This document shows, piece after piece, positions 23,199-35,570 of a stretch of DNA of 64,000 nucleotides. The notes below the pieces were generated by a model that saw only the letters and a program-made list of their open reading frames with translations, searched no databases and was not told the DNA's origin. The stretch lies in the NCBI GenBank assembly GCA_004431415.1, contig QPMI01000502.1, forward strand, positions 62,001 through 126,000, given 5' to 3'. The stretch's first letter is position 1. Each line of letters starts with the position of its first letter. The stretch comes from Cyanophora paradoxa CCMP329. Lineage: Eukaryota; Plantae; Glaucophyta. A program made the position numbers and the translations under genes.

Positions 23199-24251
23199 TC
23201 AGAGGCCCGGGCAGGCCACGGAGAGGAGGCAGTGCGCCGCCGTGAAGGTGGAAGGGAGGTGAGGCTGGCGGCGCGCTCGACGGCGGCCCGAGCGGGCTGC
23301 CCGCCGGCCGTGCGCCTCCGTGCCCGTGCTCGCCGCGCGCAGCAGCACCTGCAGCTCCGCCGTCGCGGGGCACGCCGCCGGCTTGTTCGGGTTGAAGCGG
23401 AGGGCCTTCGACGCGAGGTCGGGCGGCTGCCCGGCCTCGCTTCCGGTCGAAGCGGGGACGTGGAGGAGAGGGGCTCGAAGCGGGGTACGGGCTGTGCAGG
23501 GCGCGGTGGGCGAGGGAGCTGCCGACCGAGGAGGCGAGGAGCCGGAGGATGAGGAGGAGCAGGAGGAGGGCGGAGGCGCGTCGCTGTCGCCTTCCTCAGA
23601 GCTCGCTGCGCTGCTGCCGCTGCCGAGGACGACTTGATCCACGAACGCCTGCGACGGGAGGCGGAGCCAAGCGTGGATGGGCTTGGAAAACATCGCCTGC
23701 TCGCGCGGGAAATCCAGATTCTCGTCAGCGCGCTCGCTTTGGGGCGGGAAATGAAGTTATACGCTCATTCCGCGCATGCTTAAACGTCGTGGAGGCGAGG
23801 CGGGAAGCGGGGGCCGCTCACCGCGAGCTTCTCCTTGTCGCTTGAAACGCTGCGGCGGGCGCGAACCCTTCAGAGCGCGAAACGCATTTCAAACCGCCCC
23901 TGGGCACCTATCCTTCAATTCCGCGCAGGAACTCGTCGCCGTCAAGGAAAACGAGCTGTCGGCGGTACTGGCCTGGTGACCTCGCTCAAGAGAGAGTGCA
24001 AATCGATAGAGACACGAAGTTTGTCGATGCTGTAGCTGCGCGGCGCGATCCCCCTGCGTGTGCGGCTTGAATTTGACAGGAGTGGTTTGGCGGGGCGGGA
24101 ACTCCGCGAGGGAGCGACGCTGGGAGCGAACCTCGGCCGGTGGTTGTCCAGCGATCGTCCCTTCTTCGCGCCGGCCTGCGGAGCCGCCGCCCACCCGCCT
24201 CCTCTTGCGAGAAAGGTAGGACCGTGCAATTGCCACGGACTCCTTCGTCAT
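23199..24251 (-). CDS. Hypothetical Ser-rich protein, copy A
   Basis: ATG 24251 MTKESVAIARSYLSRKRRR (NLS-like); plausible exons SYSIDKLRVSIDLHSLLSEV and AFVDQVVLGSGSS...CPGL; no family recognised. Confidence 0.4.
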
Positions 24252-24432
24252 GCTGCAGCGCTTCCTGAACGTTATTACGAAGCCGCGCAGCTATGCTGAT
24301 TGAAGGAGTGGTGCAGCCGCGCTACGAATCAAAGAGACGTGGTCGCCGATCGAAGGGTGCTGTACCACTGGGACTGACCGGTACCCCCTTGAAACCTGAA
24401 CGGCTCTCTAAAACCAACCCCAAACCGAAAGT

Positions 24433-25641
24433 ATGGACATGGAGCTTGACGACAGCACACCCGTCTCGTTCGCAGTGGCTCGGAGACGCGCACGCGACGA
24501 CCGCGAGACGCCGACTCCGAGAACGGCGGGCCTCGAGCTCCAACGCGCTCGCACGCACGGGGACTGTAACCGGTCGCTCGCGGCAGCGTTGCCAGCAGCG
24601 CCCTTGAAGTCAGGACGTCAGGCCGCTTCGCCCGTGGGCGGTGCGTCGCGCGACAGCAAAATCTAGTAACCGCCGTCGTCCGCCGCGCACTCACCGGCTC
24701 CGTGGACCACGCACGGGCCTGGGGGCTTATTCACGCTTCTTCAGGCCGTTCGAGAGCGCCCACGAGCCTCCGTTCCGCGTTCGAGGCTGGTGGACTGAAG
24801 GGACTCGACGCGAAGGTGGGTTCAAGCGCCCCGCCCGCGCGCTGCGTCCCGATGCGACGCGGCGCGCGCAGGAGGACGATAGCGCTCTTCAACGCCGCCT
24901 CGAGGAGTCGGAGCGCGAGATCTCGAGCCTGCGGCGCCAGAACGCGACCCTCGAGGCAGAGGCGCGGCAGTTGCGCGCGAACGCCGACGACGTCATCGCG
25001 GGGAATGAGGACCTCAAAAGCCAGGTCACTCAACTGCGCCTCGAGTACAGGTGCGGCTTCGGCTTCGGTTGTTCAGGCGAACGCTCAGGTCGTCCGGGCT
25101 CACTGTCCACGGGCCCGCAGGTACTCGAGGAGGAGACCGAGCAGGAGCGGATGGACGCGGCGATGAGCGTTAACACGCTCGAATCAGAGAAGGCCGGCGT
25201 CGAGCGCAACCTGCGGCTCTGCCAGGAGGAGCTCGTGGCGGCGACGCGCGCCCTGGAGACGTCCCGCGAGGAGGCGGCGCGGCTGAAGCGGGAGCTGGAC
25301 GCGGCGGCATGCACGGAGGCGCGGCTAAGGGAGATGGGCCCAGCGGAGCTGCGCGCGCTGGCCCGCTCCTGCTCGGAGCGCTCCGCCAAGGCCCTCGCCC
25401 TCGCCGAGGAGAAGGAGGCGGAGGCGAGCGCCTGCGAGATCTGCCGCGACGCCCGCAAGCGCTCCTCCTCGTCCCCTGCCTCCACATGGTCCGCCCGACC
25501 CGCGCTCCGCTACGCCGAGCACGACCGCGCGAGTCGCCCTGACCCCCGCCCCTGCAGACGTGCGGGGAGTGCGCCGCCAAGCTCTCCACGTGCCCCTTCT
25601 GCAACGCCCGCGTCGAGTCCCGCAAAGCCCTCGACATCTGA
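24433..25641 (+). CDS. Coiled-coil protein with C-terminal C3HC4 RING finger (putative E3 ligase), copy A
   Basis: Long heptad region, then CEICRDARKRSLLVPCLHM|TCGECAAKLSTCPFCNARVESRKALDI stop. Confidence 0.8.
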
Positions 25642-25993
25642 AAGCAGCCGCTTTCGATCTTCCGAGGATTTCTCTAGCCAGCTGTATACGTAGGCTGCCG
25701 GCCGGGCCAGTGCTGGCCCGGCTGGACCCTTTCGATGGTGCCCGCCCCTGACCTCGGGCGGGACGCTTTCGCGTGCCTCTTGCCAGCTAGGGCCCGCGCC
25801 GCCCGCGCGGGGCCCTTCCAAGTTCTCCAAGCTAGCCCGTCATCTTCGAGCAAGCGTGTCTGTATCTGAAAGTGCATACTTGATTCCTACAAACGCGTTC
25901 CCGGGATGAAACCTACTTTCTAAACAGAAAATAACGGCCTGAATGGAAGTCTAGCGCTAGCAGCCTGGCAGCTTTCGGCGGACGGGTCTAAAT

Positions 25994-28539
25994 CTAGAAG
26001 TGGACGCGGGCGCTGGGGTGCTGGTGCTGGGCGGCGGCGACGTGCTGGCGGAAGAGCTTCTCGCCCTGGTAGGCCTCCTTGAGCTGCTTCTTGCGCTCGC
26101 GGCCGGCCTTGCGCGCCTCCTTCACCGCCGCCTTGCGCGCCTTGCGCTCCTCCGGCGTCTCGCCCTTCTTGCGGGCTCCCCTTGTTCACCTTCTTCTCCT
26201 CGCCCTCGCCACCCTCGCCGCCCTCGCTCCCGCTCCCCGAGGCGCTCGCGGCGCCCTCCTCGTCCCCCTCCGGGACCGTCTCGGGGCCGCCGGCGCCGGC
26301 CGCCTTGGCGCCGCGCGGGGGCACGTACTCGAAGGGCAGGCCCGACTTCTTGGAGATGCGGATGGGCCGCGGCGGCGGCGCGATCACCGTCGGCAGGTTC
26401 TCCGTGTTCGTGTACGTCGCTGCCGCCCGGCGTCAGGCGGCGGGGCGGGGCGGAGGCGGGGGCTGGGGGGCGTGGGGGGCGGACTGAGGATGGTCTCGGC
26501 GTCCCACTTGGCGTCGGCCGGCTCGTCGACGGCGCGGACCTCCTCGTCGGCCGCCGGCCCGGCGTCCTCGCGCTCCAGCAGCCGCCGCGCCAGCTCCAGC
26601 GTCTTCCGCTTCTCCGCCTCCACCGCCCCCGCGGGCGCGCCCCCCGCCCGGCGCCTCCCCGTCCAGCGTCATCTCCCGCAGCCGCAGCTCCGCCCGGCGC
26701 GCCTCGTCGAGGACCTCCTCCGCGGGCCGCCGGGACGGAGCGGGAGGCCGTGCGGCGTCGGGGCGCCTCGCCCTCGCCGTAGATCGCCTCGAGGAGGCCC
26801 CCGCGGCCCTGCTCGCGCTGCTGCTCAGGAACTCGTCGAAGACCGCCTCGAACTCCTCCACCCCCGCCGGTCCCGCGATCTCCTCCCCTCCAGCTCCCCA
26901 CCTGCCCCGCCGCACCCCGCGCTCAGGCCGCGCGCCTCCGGGCGCACCCCGGGGCGCGCACCTGCTCGTCGCCCCACTCCTCCTCGAGGGCGCGGTCGAA
27001 CTGGTCGTCGATGAGGCGCGCCTCGCCCCACTTGGCGTAGCTCGACGCCATCGACGCCGCCCCGCGGTGCTGCTGCTGCCCGTGCTTGTGCCCGTGCGCC
27101 CCGGGCCCCGCCGCGGCCCCCGCGCGCCGCCCTCCTCGCCCTCCTCGTCGAACTCGTCGTCCTCCTCCTCGTCGAACTCGTCGTCGCTGTCCCCGGGCGC
27201 CGCCCGCCCCTGCCCGCCCGCCCCCGTCAGGCCCCGGCGGGGCGGCGGCGGGCAAGAGACGGGGCGCACCGAGGGCGGCCGCCGTCGTACCCCTCGTCGG
27301 CGCCGTCCTCGTCGTCGGGGCGCCCTCGGCCATGGCCTTGGCCACGAAGTCGTCGTCCAGGGCGTCGCTGCCCTCGTCGTCCGTCACCGCCTCCCCGTCG
27401 AGCGCCGCCGCCACCTCGGGGTCCAGCCCCAGCAGCGGGCCCGAGCGCGCCGCCCGGTTCAGCAGGCCCACCCGCTCCTCCCGCGCCGACGGCAGCGCCG
27501 CCGCCGGCAGGCTCGCCAGCGCCGGCGGCGCGCCCCGGGCTTCACCCCGACCGCGCGTCGTAGTAGATGCCGCCCCCTGCGCCCCGCGCGCGCGCCGCGT
27601 CGGCGGGCGGGGCCGGGACGCGCGCGGCCGGCACCTGTGCCCATGGGCCTCATGTGCTGCATGTAGTCGTACTCCCCGTCGATCGGCTCCCCGAACTCGT
27701 CCACGGCACCCTGCGCCGGCCCCGCCCCGGCTCGGGCCCCGGGCGCGCAAGAGCGGCGAGCCCGGGTGGCGCGCACGTGATTTTGCTCGCCCCGCCGGCC
27801 TTCGGGAGCAGGCGCTTGAGCTTGGAGGGGCCGGCGCGCGCGGCGGAAGCCTTGGGCGCCTCCTCGCCCCCTCGTCCTCCTCCTCCTCCTCGTCCGCGTC
27901 CGCGAAGCGCCCGTCGTCGTCTCCCTCCTCCTCCTCCTCATCCTCCTCGTCCTCCTCGTCCTCCTCCTCATCCTCCTCGTCACCCTGCGCCGCGCCCTTG
28001 CCGCCAGCTAACCGGGCGGGCGGCCGCGTCGGCGGGCGCGGCCGGCGCTCGCGCGCGGGGGCCGCACCGGCGGCCTGCTTGGAAGGCGGCAGCCTTGGGC
28101 GCATGTACATCTCCAGATCGTCCTCGTTCACCTCGCCTTCGAGGTCCTCGTCATCGAAGAGCTCGCGCCACGCCGCGTGCTTCGCGTCCGCGTCCTGGCC
28201 CGGCCCAACGACCTGCAAAGGCGCAACAGTCAGCGCCCAGCCCCAAATCTAGATGCGCGGCTCCGTACGCGCGCCGCCGGCCCAGCTAGGAATGCCCTTG
28301 GCGATCGTGCGGCGGGGCGCGGGCGGGGCGCAGCGGACGCGCTCACCGGCGTCTTGCCGGAAGCTACATGCTTCAGAACGTACTGCGACGCGTCCGGGTT
28401 CGCCGCCTCTGGGTCGCGCTGCGAGCGGTGCACGACCTGGAAGTGCTGCGCCTTCCGCTTGTCTATGAACGCCTTCTTCTTGCCCTGCAGCGTTGCGCCC
28501 GTGAGCGGGCGCAGGAACGAGAGGCGGTGGCCGCACCAT
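25994..28539 (-). CDS. LTV1: LTV1, 40S ribosome biogenesis factor, copy A
   Basis: M|GKKKAFIDKRKAQHFQVVHRSQRDP, GEYDYMQHMRPMG, LDDDFVAKA, WDAETILTTYTNTENLP, KGETPEERKARKAAVKEAR. Confidence 0.9.
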
Positions 28540-28919
28540 TTTTTTGCTTCTGGGGTACGTCGCCTTCCAATCGGCTCGACCCCAGCCTCCTCTCCGAGCC
28601 TCCAGCGCGCCTTCTCCGAGCTATCGGCGCGTTTTCCAACTCGCCCGTCTGCTAGGGTCGCCGCCGTCTCGGCGGGCGCGACCGCACAGAAGCCGCGCGC
28701 TCCCGTGGTCCCAGCGCGACCGCCCGGTGGGCGCGAAAGCGCTCTGCGACGCACCGGCAGTGCTTCGAGGCGCTCTGTGGGCGCCCCGCGGCGCCGCGGG
28801 TTGGAGGCGCGCCGCGCGCGCGCGGCGCGCGCCGCGATTTCGAATCTGCAGCTGCATCACCCCAGCGCGCGTCCAGCCCCGGCCATAGCTAGCGCGCGGC
28901 GGGCCGCGGGCGATGCGCG

Positions 28920-30155
28920 ATGCTGTGGGAGAAGCTGCGCAGCATCGCGGGCGACCTGCTGATCGGACAGGCCCTGAGCGCGCTGCTGACGGTCACGAGC
29001 GTCTGCTCGAAAGTACTCGCCGACCGCGGCGTCGCCGTCCCCACGGCGCAGTCGGCGATCAACTACGTGCTTCTGTTCCTCGTCTTCATGGGCCCCCGCC
29101 TCGCGCGGGCGGCCGCGGGGCGCTCGCGGCCGGCGCTGGCCCTCCCCTGGTGGCGCTACGCCCTCATCGCTGTCGCCGACGTGGAGGGTAACTTCCTCGG
29201 TGCGCGCCGCGCCCGCCGCCGCCCGCCGCCGCCCGGGCCGCGCGCCGCTCACGCCGCCGCGCCGCGCGCGCGCGCAGTGGTGAAGGCGTTCCAGCTGACG
29301 TCGTTCACGTCGGCGATGCTGCTGGACGCGTTCGCGATCCCCTGCGTCATGGGCCTCGGCTGCCTCCTCCTCGCCGCCCGCTACCGCCCGCCCACTTCGC
29401 CGGCGCCGCCGCCGCCCTCCTCGGCCTCCTCCTCCTCGTCGCCTCCGACGCCGGCCGCGAGCGCGGGGCGCGCCCCGCCGAGGGCGACGCGCTCGTCCTC
29501 GCCGGCGCCGCCCTCTACGCCTGCTCCAACGCGGGGAGCGAGGCGGCCGTGCGGGCCACGGGCGACGCGGGGAGCTCCTGGGCGCCGTCGGCCTCTTCGG
29601 CGCCGCCCTCTCCGCCGCGCAGGCCGCCGCCCTTGGCGAAGCCGCCGCCCTCGCCGGCTCGGCCCCGCGCTGGCCGGGCGAGTGCTGGGCGGCCTTCGCC
29701 GGCTTCGGCGCCGCGCTCTTCGCGCTGACGGCGGCGGTGCCGCGCGTGCTGCGGGGCCCCGGCGCCGTCGTCCTCAACCTCGGCCTCCTCACCTCCGACT
29801 TCTACGCCCTCGCCGTCGGCTCCCTCGCCTTCGGGACCGGCCCTCGCCCCTCTACGCCGCCGGCTTCCTCCTCGTCGTCCGCTATCCCCCCCCCCCCGCC
29901 TTCTCGCACGGGGGTACTGATCCTCTGCAGGTCGCCGGGCTCGTGGTGTACACGACGGCCCCGCCGGCCGTGCACGTGCGGGGGGCCCAGGGCGGGGAGG
30001 GGTACACGCGCCTGGAGGACTGGGTGGGGACCAGCGCCGACGCCGACGCCGACGCCGAAGCCGACGAGGAGGCGCTGAGGGCGGGCGGCGAGGGCCGATT
30101 GCCGCCCTCGCAATCGACGGCGCCCTCGCTGCCCCAGCTGCAGGCGCAGAGCTAG
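28920..30155 (+). CDS. SLC35F1/F2-like (DUF914) DMT-superfamily transporter, copy A
   Basis: LLIGQALSALL...PTAQSAINYVLL...WWRYALIAVADVEGNFL|VVKAFQLTSFTSAMLLD...GDALVLAGAALYACSN...LNLGLLTSDFY. Confidence 0.85.
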   Translation: MLWEKLRSIAGDLLIGQALSALLTVTSVCSKVLADRGVAVPTAQSAINYVLLFLVFMGPRLARAAAGRSRPALALPWWRYALIAVADVEGNFLGARRARRRPPPPGPRAAHAAAPRARAVVKAFQLTSFTSAMLLDAFAIPCVMGLGCLLLAARYRPPTSPAPPPPSSASSSSSPPTPAASAGRAPPRATRSSSPAPPSTPAPTRGARRPCGPRATRGAPGRRRPLRRRPLRRAGRRPWRSRRPRRLGPALAGRVLGGLRRLRRRALRADGGGAARAAGPRRRRPQPRPPHLRLLRPRRRLPRLRDRPSPLYAAGFLLVVRYPPPPAFSHGGTDPLQVAGLVVYTTAPPAVHVRGAQGGEGYTRLEDWVGTSADADADAEADEEALRAGGEGRLPPSQSTAPSLPQLQAQS

Positions 30156-30795
30156 AGCGCGGCCGGGGCTGCCGGGGCCTCGGCAGTACTAATTGTATAA
30201 TCTAGATGTGCATGTACATGCAGTGCTGGTTAGCTGCCCACCTGCCCGGCTTGAGCTCCTCTTCCGCAAGCTTATATATAATTAATTATAAGCTTGATCA
30301 TGACCATGAGCTCGCGAGCACGCTCGGTGCCGCGGCGTGCTCGCTCATGACGCGGCCCGGCGGTGCCGTCGCGCTCGCCAGCGGCAGTGCCTTGCCCTAT
30401 ATAGCTATGCATAGCTAGACGACCTCGAGTTCCAGCGCGCGATTGCGATCGCCGAATGGGGCTGCTTTGGCTTTGACATGCACGTGATACGAACTCTCCG
30501 AGGCTCGCACCGCAGATTAATTATAAAGGCCGCTCCCGCCGCCGATCTATATAGCTACGTATACCGCGAGCTACCGCTGACATTCATGATCAGAAGTTCA
30601 CCCAGAGCTCGAGCACTATAGCTAGTCTAGATCTAGATCAGAAGTTCAGCCAGCGCTAGCTGCAGAAAGCTTAAGCGCCGCCTGAGGACGACAAAATGTA
30701 CAAATTGCGCAAAGGGAGTGTCGACATGAACACGCGATGATCGATATCATGAAGGCATTTTAGCCACCTGTAGGTCCATCTATCTAGCTCAGCGG

Positions 30796-32753
30796 CTACA
30801 TATAGGGCTTCGAATTCGAATTCGCGATCGGCTTCGAGCTCCGGATTCGAATCTCTTGATCGTGACCAGACGTCGACTGCGAAACAGGTCGGCCTGCATA
30901 CGCATGTACATGTGTAGCTGTGTCCTTGAACAGAGCGAAAAGCTCCTCCTTCGAAGGCATGGCAGCAAGAAGTAGCGGTAGCAGCTGGTCCAGGTTGAGC
31001 TCCGTTGAAGCGTCATTGGCAAGATTGTTGCATAAGTCGTCAACTGCAATCTTGATATTCCCGACTTCAGAAACTCCGCGCCCGTGGCCTTGTCTACTAG
31101 TTGTGTGAATGGTGCAAATATATCTTCAATTTTCCCTCCAATCTTCTCGACAATCTTCGTTGCGCGCTCGGTGAAGTGGCCTGCACGGCGGAGCTTCAAA
31201 CAAACGGCAGCGCGCTCGCGGCAAACAGGAACTTTGATATTATTCCCACCTAAAGTTCCTCCGTCGATCTTGTTCGCCTCCTGCAGATCGAGATTAATTT
31301 CGAGTGAACACACGTGCACGATCTCTAGATCTATCTCAGCAAGTGAAGGTCAAGATCTGGGCTCACGTTGCTCTTGGCGGATTTATTCGCAAAGAGGGCC
31401 GCGCCGCCGCGAGAACGCTGTTGATTCCAGCCGTGATGTAACCAGGCACCCCAAACCTGCAGACCGATGAGCGCGAAAACATTCAAACTTAGTCTCCATT
31501 TGCAATTATTTTCTCACACGAAACGCACGCAGATATTCCCACAAAGATGAAAATGAACAGGATAATGAGGAAAATCGCGGATTTCAGAACCGTCTGTGCA
31601 TCTCCGACGGCAAAGCGCGATTGCATGGTCACGAATCCGTAGGCTTGAGGGCGAAGAATTGAAATTATGCCGTCCATGATTTCTTTTACTTCTGCGGGCG
31701 ATTGCATTTGAGTTTGTAAGGGCAAACTAAGAGGTAAAATTTAAAATGCAGGAAATCACTTTTGCCGAATTCTTTCACAATTTGTTTTGCTTCTTTGATT
31801 TCGCGATAGCTGTAAGTTGCTCCGTCGTCCTCGTGTTCTTTCACAAGTCGTTTCGCCTCTTCGATCTCGCAATCTTCGAATTCGTGGACGGCCGTAAAGG
31901 AGAGTGAGGCCGCAGCCGGTATTGGGCTTGAAAGCCTCGCCTTAAACGCGGCCTTGGCAAGAAGTATTACGTGGACAAGGCGCTGCGACGCACTCAGAGA
32001 TCAGTCAACGTAGCTCAATTCCCGAAATGGATAAAAAGGCGCACGTGCTCAATGTTCTTGATGATACGGTGCTGCGCGGCTAATTTCGCAGATTGCGCTT
32101 TCTCCTCAACAGTCGCTGCCACTTTCTCGGCCTGCGCAATAGTCTGGGCTCCCCGCGACCAGCAGTAGACATAATCAGTCATGCGAGAATATATTGACAT
32201 CGAACTGTACGCACCGTATTCGCAAGACTGGTGACTTGATCTGGAGAGTACCCCTCGACAGTTTTCACCGCTGACTATTGAACGGAAACGTGAGTTTATA
32301 AACGATTAATGTCTGTTAGCTATAGCATGTCTCAACGCGAAGGACGCACTGCGCATGCCTGCTCTATATTGCTAAGGCCCTCTGCGATTTGCTTCCAGCG
32401 GGTGACGAGACCAATAGTCTCGTTAATCATGTCCCGAACATTGTTTAGTTCCACCTCAATCGTGTTTCTCACCGAGCTCAGAATGCCCAAAAACCAGTTG
32501 TGGTGAACCCAGTCGACAAATCCTCCCTCATGAACATGCGAATCCGAATGCGCGACTGAACAACCGCTCGCAAAGAACCGCAACCAACCGCATCTCCGCG
32601 GATGCTCTTCATGATCATCATGATCACTTCTCTCGTGCTTGTTCTTCTTCGAGTGACTGCCTCGAACGTGCACGTGCGACGCAGCATGTGACTTCTTCAT
32701 AAAATAATATCTAGAGCTCAGACAGGTCATCATGAGCAAGGCTGTCATAATTC
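30796..32753 (-). pseudogene. 3' part of the low-GC membrane protein gene, cut by the duplication junction (copy A)
   Basis: Near-identical to 52655-54615; 5' exons are absent because of the junction at 32753. Confidence 0.4.
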
Positions 32754-32755
32754 TG

Positions 32756-34239
32756 GGCGACGGTCCTGTACCTCGACAGCGTGCACGGCTTCAGCGCGCG
32801 GCGGGTGCGCGAGCTCGCCAAGCACATCCTCCCCAAGGGCGGCGCGGACGGCGCCGGGCTCGAGGTGCGCATGCGCCTGCGGCCCCGCGAGGCCGGCGAG
32901 GCCCGCCGGGCCGAGCCGGCGCGCCGCAGGCGAAGGTCGTGGACGTGCTGGCCCGCATCCGGTGCGCCGGCCTCCCCGACTTGACTTCGCCAGCGAGGTT
33001 CCGGGGGTCCGAAGTCGACCCCGGGCCGCGGGCCGCGGGCGGGCGGCAGGGTGGTGCCCGTCCACGACGTCTACTCCTTCCTCTCCGCTTTGGACGCCGC
33101 CGCCAAAGCCTGCGAGGACGACGTGCGCCCACCTCTCCTCCCCTCCCCCTCCCCTACGGGTCCCGACGCTGTGCCCCCCAGGAGGAGGCGGGGCACGCGT
33201 TCTTCTCGGGGCTGCGGCTGGTGGTGGTAGACATGCTCTCCACGCTCCTCTCCCCCAACCTCGGCGGCCAGCAGTTCCAGGGCCCGTCATCCCCCTACCC
33301 GGGCCCCCGGCCGCGTACCCCCTGCCCGCCCGCCCGCTCTGACCGCCGCGCGCGCAGGGCACGCGCTGATGGCGCACGCGGGGGCCCTCATGAAGCGCCT
33401 CGCGCTGCAGGTCCGGGGGTTATTCTGTTCGCTGACACTGTCAAGCATGAAGCGCGGGGCAGCACCACGTGGCGTTCGTGCTGACGAACCACATGGTGGG
33501 CGGGGGCGGCGGCGGCTCCGTCCTCAAGCCGGCCCTCGGCGACTCCTGGGGCCACGTCCCCTCCACCCGCCTCGAGTTCTCCACCGACGCGCGCCCCGTA
33601 CCCCGTCTCTCATGTCCAAGTACCCCCTGACTGCTCCCCTCCCTCCCCCGCTCCGCAGTCGGTCTTCGGGTTCGCGAGCAACGTCCGATGCGCGACGGCG
33701 CGCAAGTCCCTCTGGGCGGCGCGCCCTCCCGCCCCCTCCCTCCTACCCCGCCTCAGACCTCGGCCGGCTGACGCGTCGCCGGGCAGCCGGCCGGCTCGTT
33801 CACGTACTTCGCGATCACGGAGCGCGGCCTCTGCGCGCACGCGCCGCCGCCGTCGGCCGTGCAGGGCCTGGCGGACCCCGAGCGCGAGGCGGCCGAGGCG
33901 GCGGCGCGGGAGGCGGTGGAGGCGGAGGAGGCGGGGCGGCGGGAGCGGGAGGAGCGCTCGGGCTGGATCGCGGCCCTCTCGCAGTGGACGCAGAGCACGC
34001 AGCGGGAGGAGCGGGCCCTCCTCCCCTCCTCCGCCTTCCGCCCCTCGCAGGCGGGGCCCTCGCAGGGCGGCTCCCTCCTCCCGCCCTCGGCCTTGGCCTC
34101 GCCGGCCTCGGCGCCGCGCCAGATCCTCCCCAGCGACATGGTCAACCCCTTCGACTTCGCCGCGCCCCCGCCCCGGCCCCCGCCCCCCCAGCCCCAGCAG
34201 CAGCAGCAGACGCGGCGGCAGCAGACGCGGCCGCCATGA
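32756..34239 (+). pseudogene. RAD51D: 5'-truncated RAD51D copy lacking start and Walker A
   Basis: Begins mid-exon at ATVLYLDS; otherwise matches 11112-12595. Confidence 0.8.
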
Positions 34240-34391
34240 GCGATCGCTCTCCTTCATATGTACACCGCACGCATCTAGATCTACACGCTGTACAGGAGTA
34301 TACAGAGGCTGTTGTACAAGAGAGAAAGTTGCCGAGTCGGAAAACTGCGGGGTCCGATCGCGATGATTCAGATCTGGGGAGAGGGCCGGGC

Positions 34392-35355
34392 TCAGGCCCT
34401 AGAGGGCAAGGAGGGCCAGAATGGCGATCGAGCCGAGCACGATCCAGCCCGCCGTCGCAGTGCCCCCGGAGATCCGAACCCGCCTGCGGGATGGCAGCGT
34501 GAGAGCTGGAGGGCGTTGTGGAGAAACGACAGAGTTTTCGAAGAGCTCGCGCACATGTCACGGGCGATGCGGGCGCGCTCCTCCGGCGTCAGGGGCCGCG
34601 GCACCAGCAGGTGCGCACCGCAGCGGCACGTCGCCGTCACCGCCCCGTCTGCGCCCGCCAGCTTAGTTCGAAGATCAATTTGATCCCGAAGCCAGAGACG
34701 CACTGGGGACGGCGAGGGTGCGGTAGCACACGGGGCAGCAGCAGGGCGACGCCGTCTCGGTGCCGAAGAGCGGCATCACCGGCTGCTTCTCAGTCGCCGT
34801 GTAGTGCTGGTGAGCCCCCGAGAGAAGGATCCGTAGCGCCGCGTCCCGCTTCGCCTGCTCCCGCGCTGTCCTCGGCTCGTCCGCGGCTGTTCAAGCGTTC
34901 AAATGCGCTTTTTGAGAGGGCGCGGATGCGCCTCCGGCTCACGGGAGCCCCATGGAGTTCCGTACATCAGCGGCGCCACGCGGTCGCCGGTCGAGATGCC
35001 CAGGTCCTCGCGGATGTGGGCCGAGACTTTCGCGTGCTCCTGCGAGGTCGCATGAGCGCGCGTGCGCTGCTGCGGCGCGTGCACGTTGCGCACGGAGGGG
35101 TCGGAGGGATCGAAGAACTCAGGAGTGATGCGCTCGCCGCGCTCGAGGAGAATGCCCTTGCGCACGTAGCGGCCGGCTGCACGCAAGCGCGCAGCGATCG
35201 CGGCGCCGGCGAGGTCAGTCGCGGGCGCCCTCAGCACGCGGTGGCGCTCCAGCGCAAGCACACGCGGGCGCTCCGACTCGCGGCGCACCGAGACATCGAT
35301 CGACTTTTCTTGTCACGACGCGCCTGAAGCGCGCGACACCGTCGTCGCGGCCCAT
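34392..35355 (-). CDS. Hypothetical Cys-cluster protein, copy B
   Basis: Duplicate of 12748-13710. Confidence 0.4.
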
Positions 35356-35570
35356 GCCAAAATGTGCTCCGGGTTGCTGGGGGGAGGTGCCGGGGCGTGC
35401 GCGCTCGACCGAGAGGGCAGAAAGTAGCTGCGAATTTGCGGAAAACGCTGGGGCGAGAGGCGAGATGGCGGTGTCGGCGAGTGCCGCGAAACTTGCGAAT
35501 GGGGGTACGGCCTCACGACCGAGCTCGAGTCTGCTGCGACCCTGAGCAGCCGAAGAAGGACGCCGGCGCG

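Larger units (their letters stand above)
11112..32753. repeat. Copy A of a 21.6-kb head-to-tail duplication (probable assembly artefact)
   Basis: Colinear with 32756-54615; about 218 bp shorter, almost entirely from 1-bp homopolymer deletions. Confidence 0.95.

Noticed and set aside
15780-30155. Copy A genes as true pseudogenes
   Set aside because: Lesions are nearly all 1-bp homopolymer deletions with almost no substitutions, which is an error signature rather than decay.
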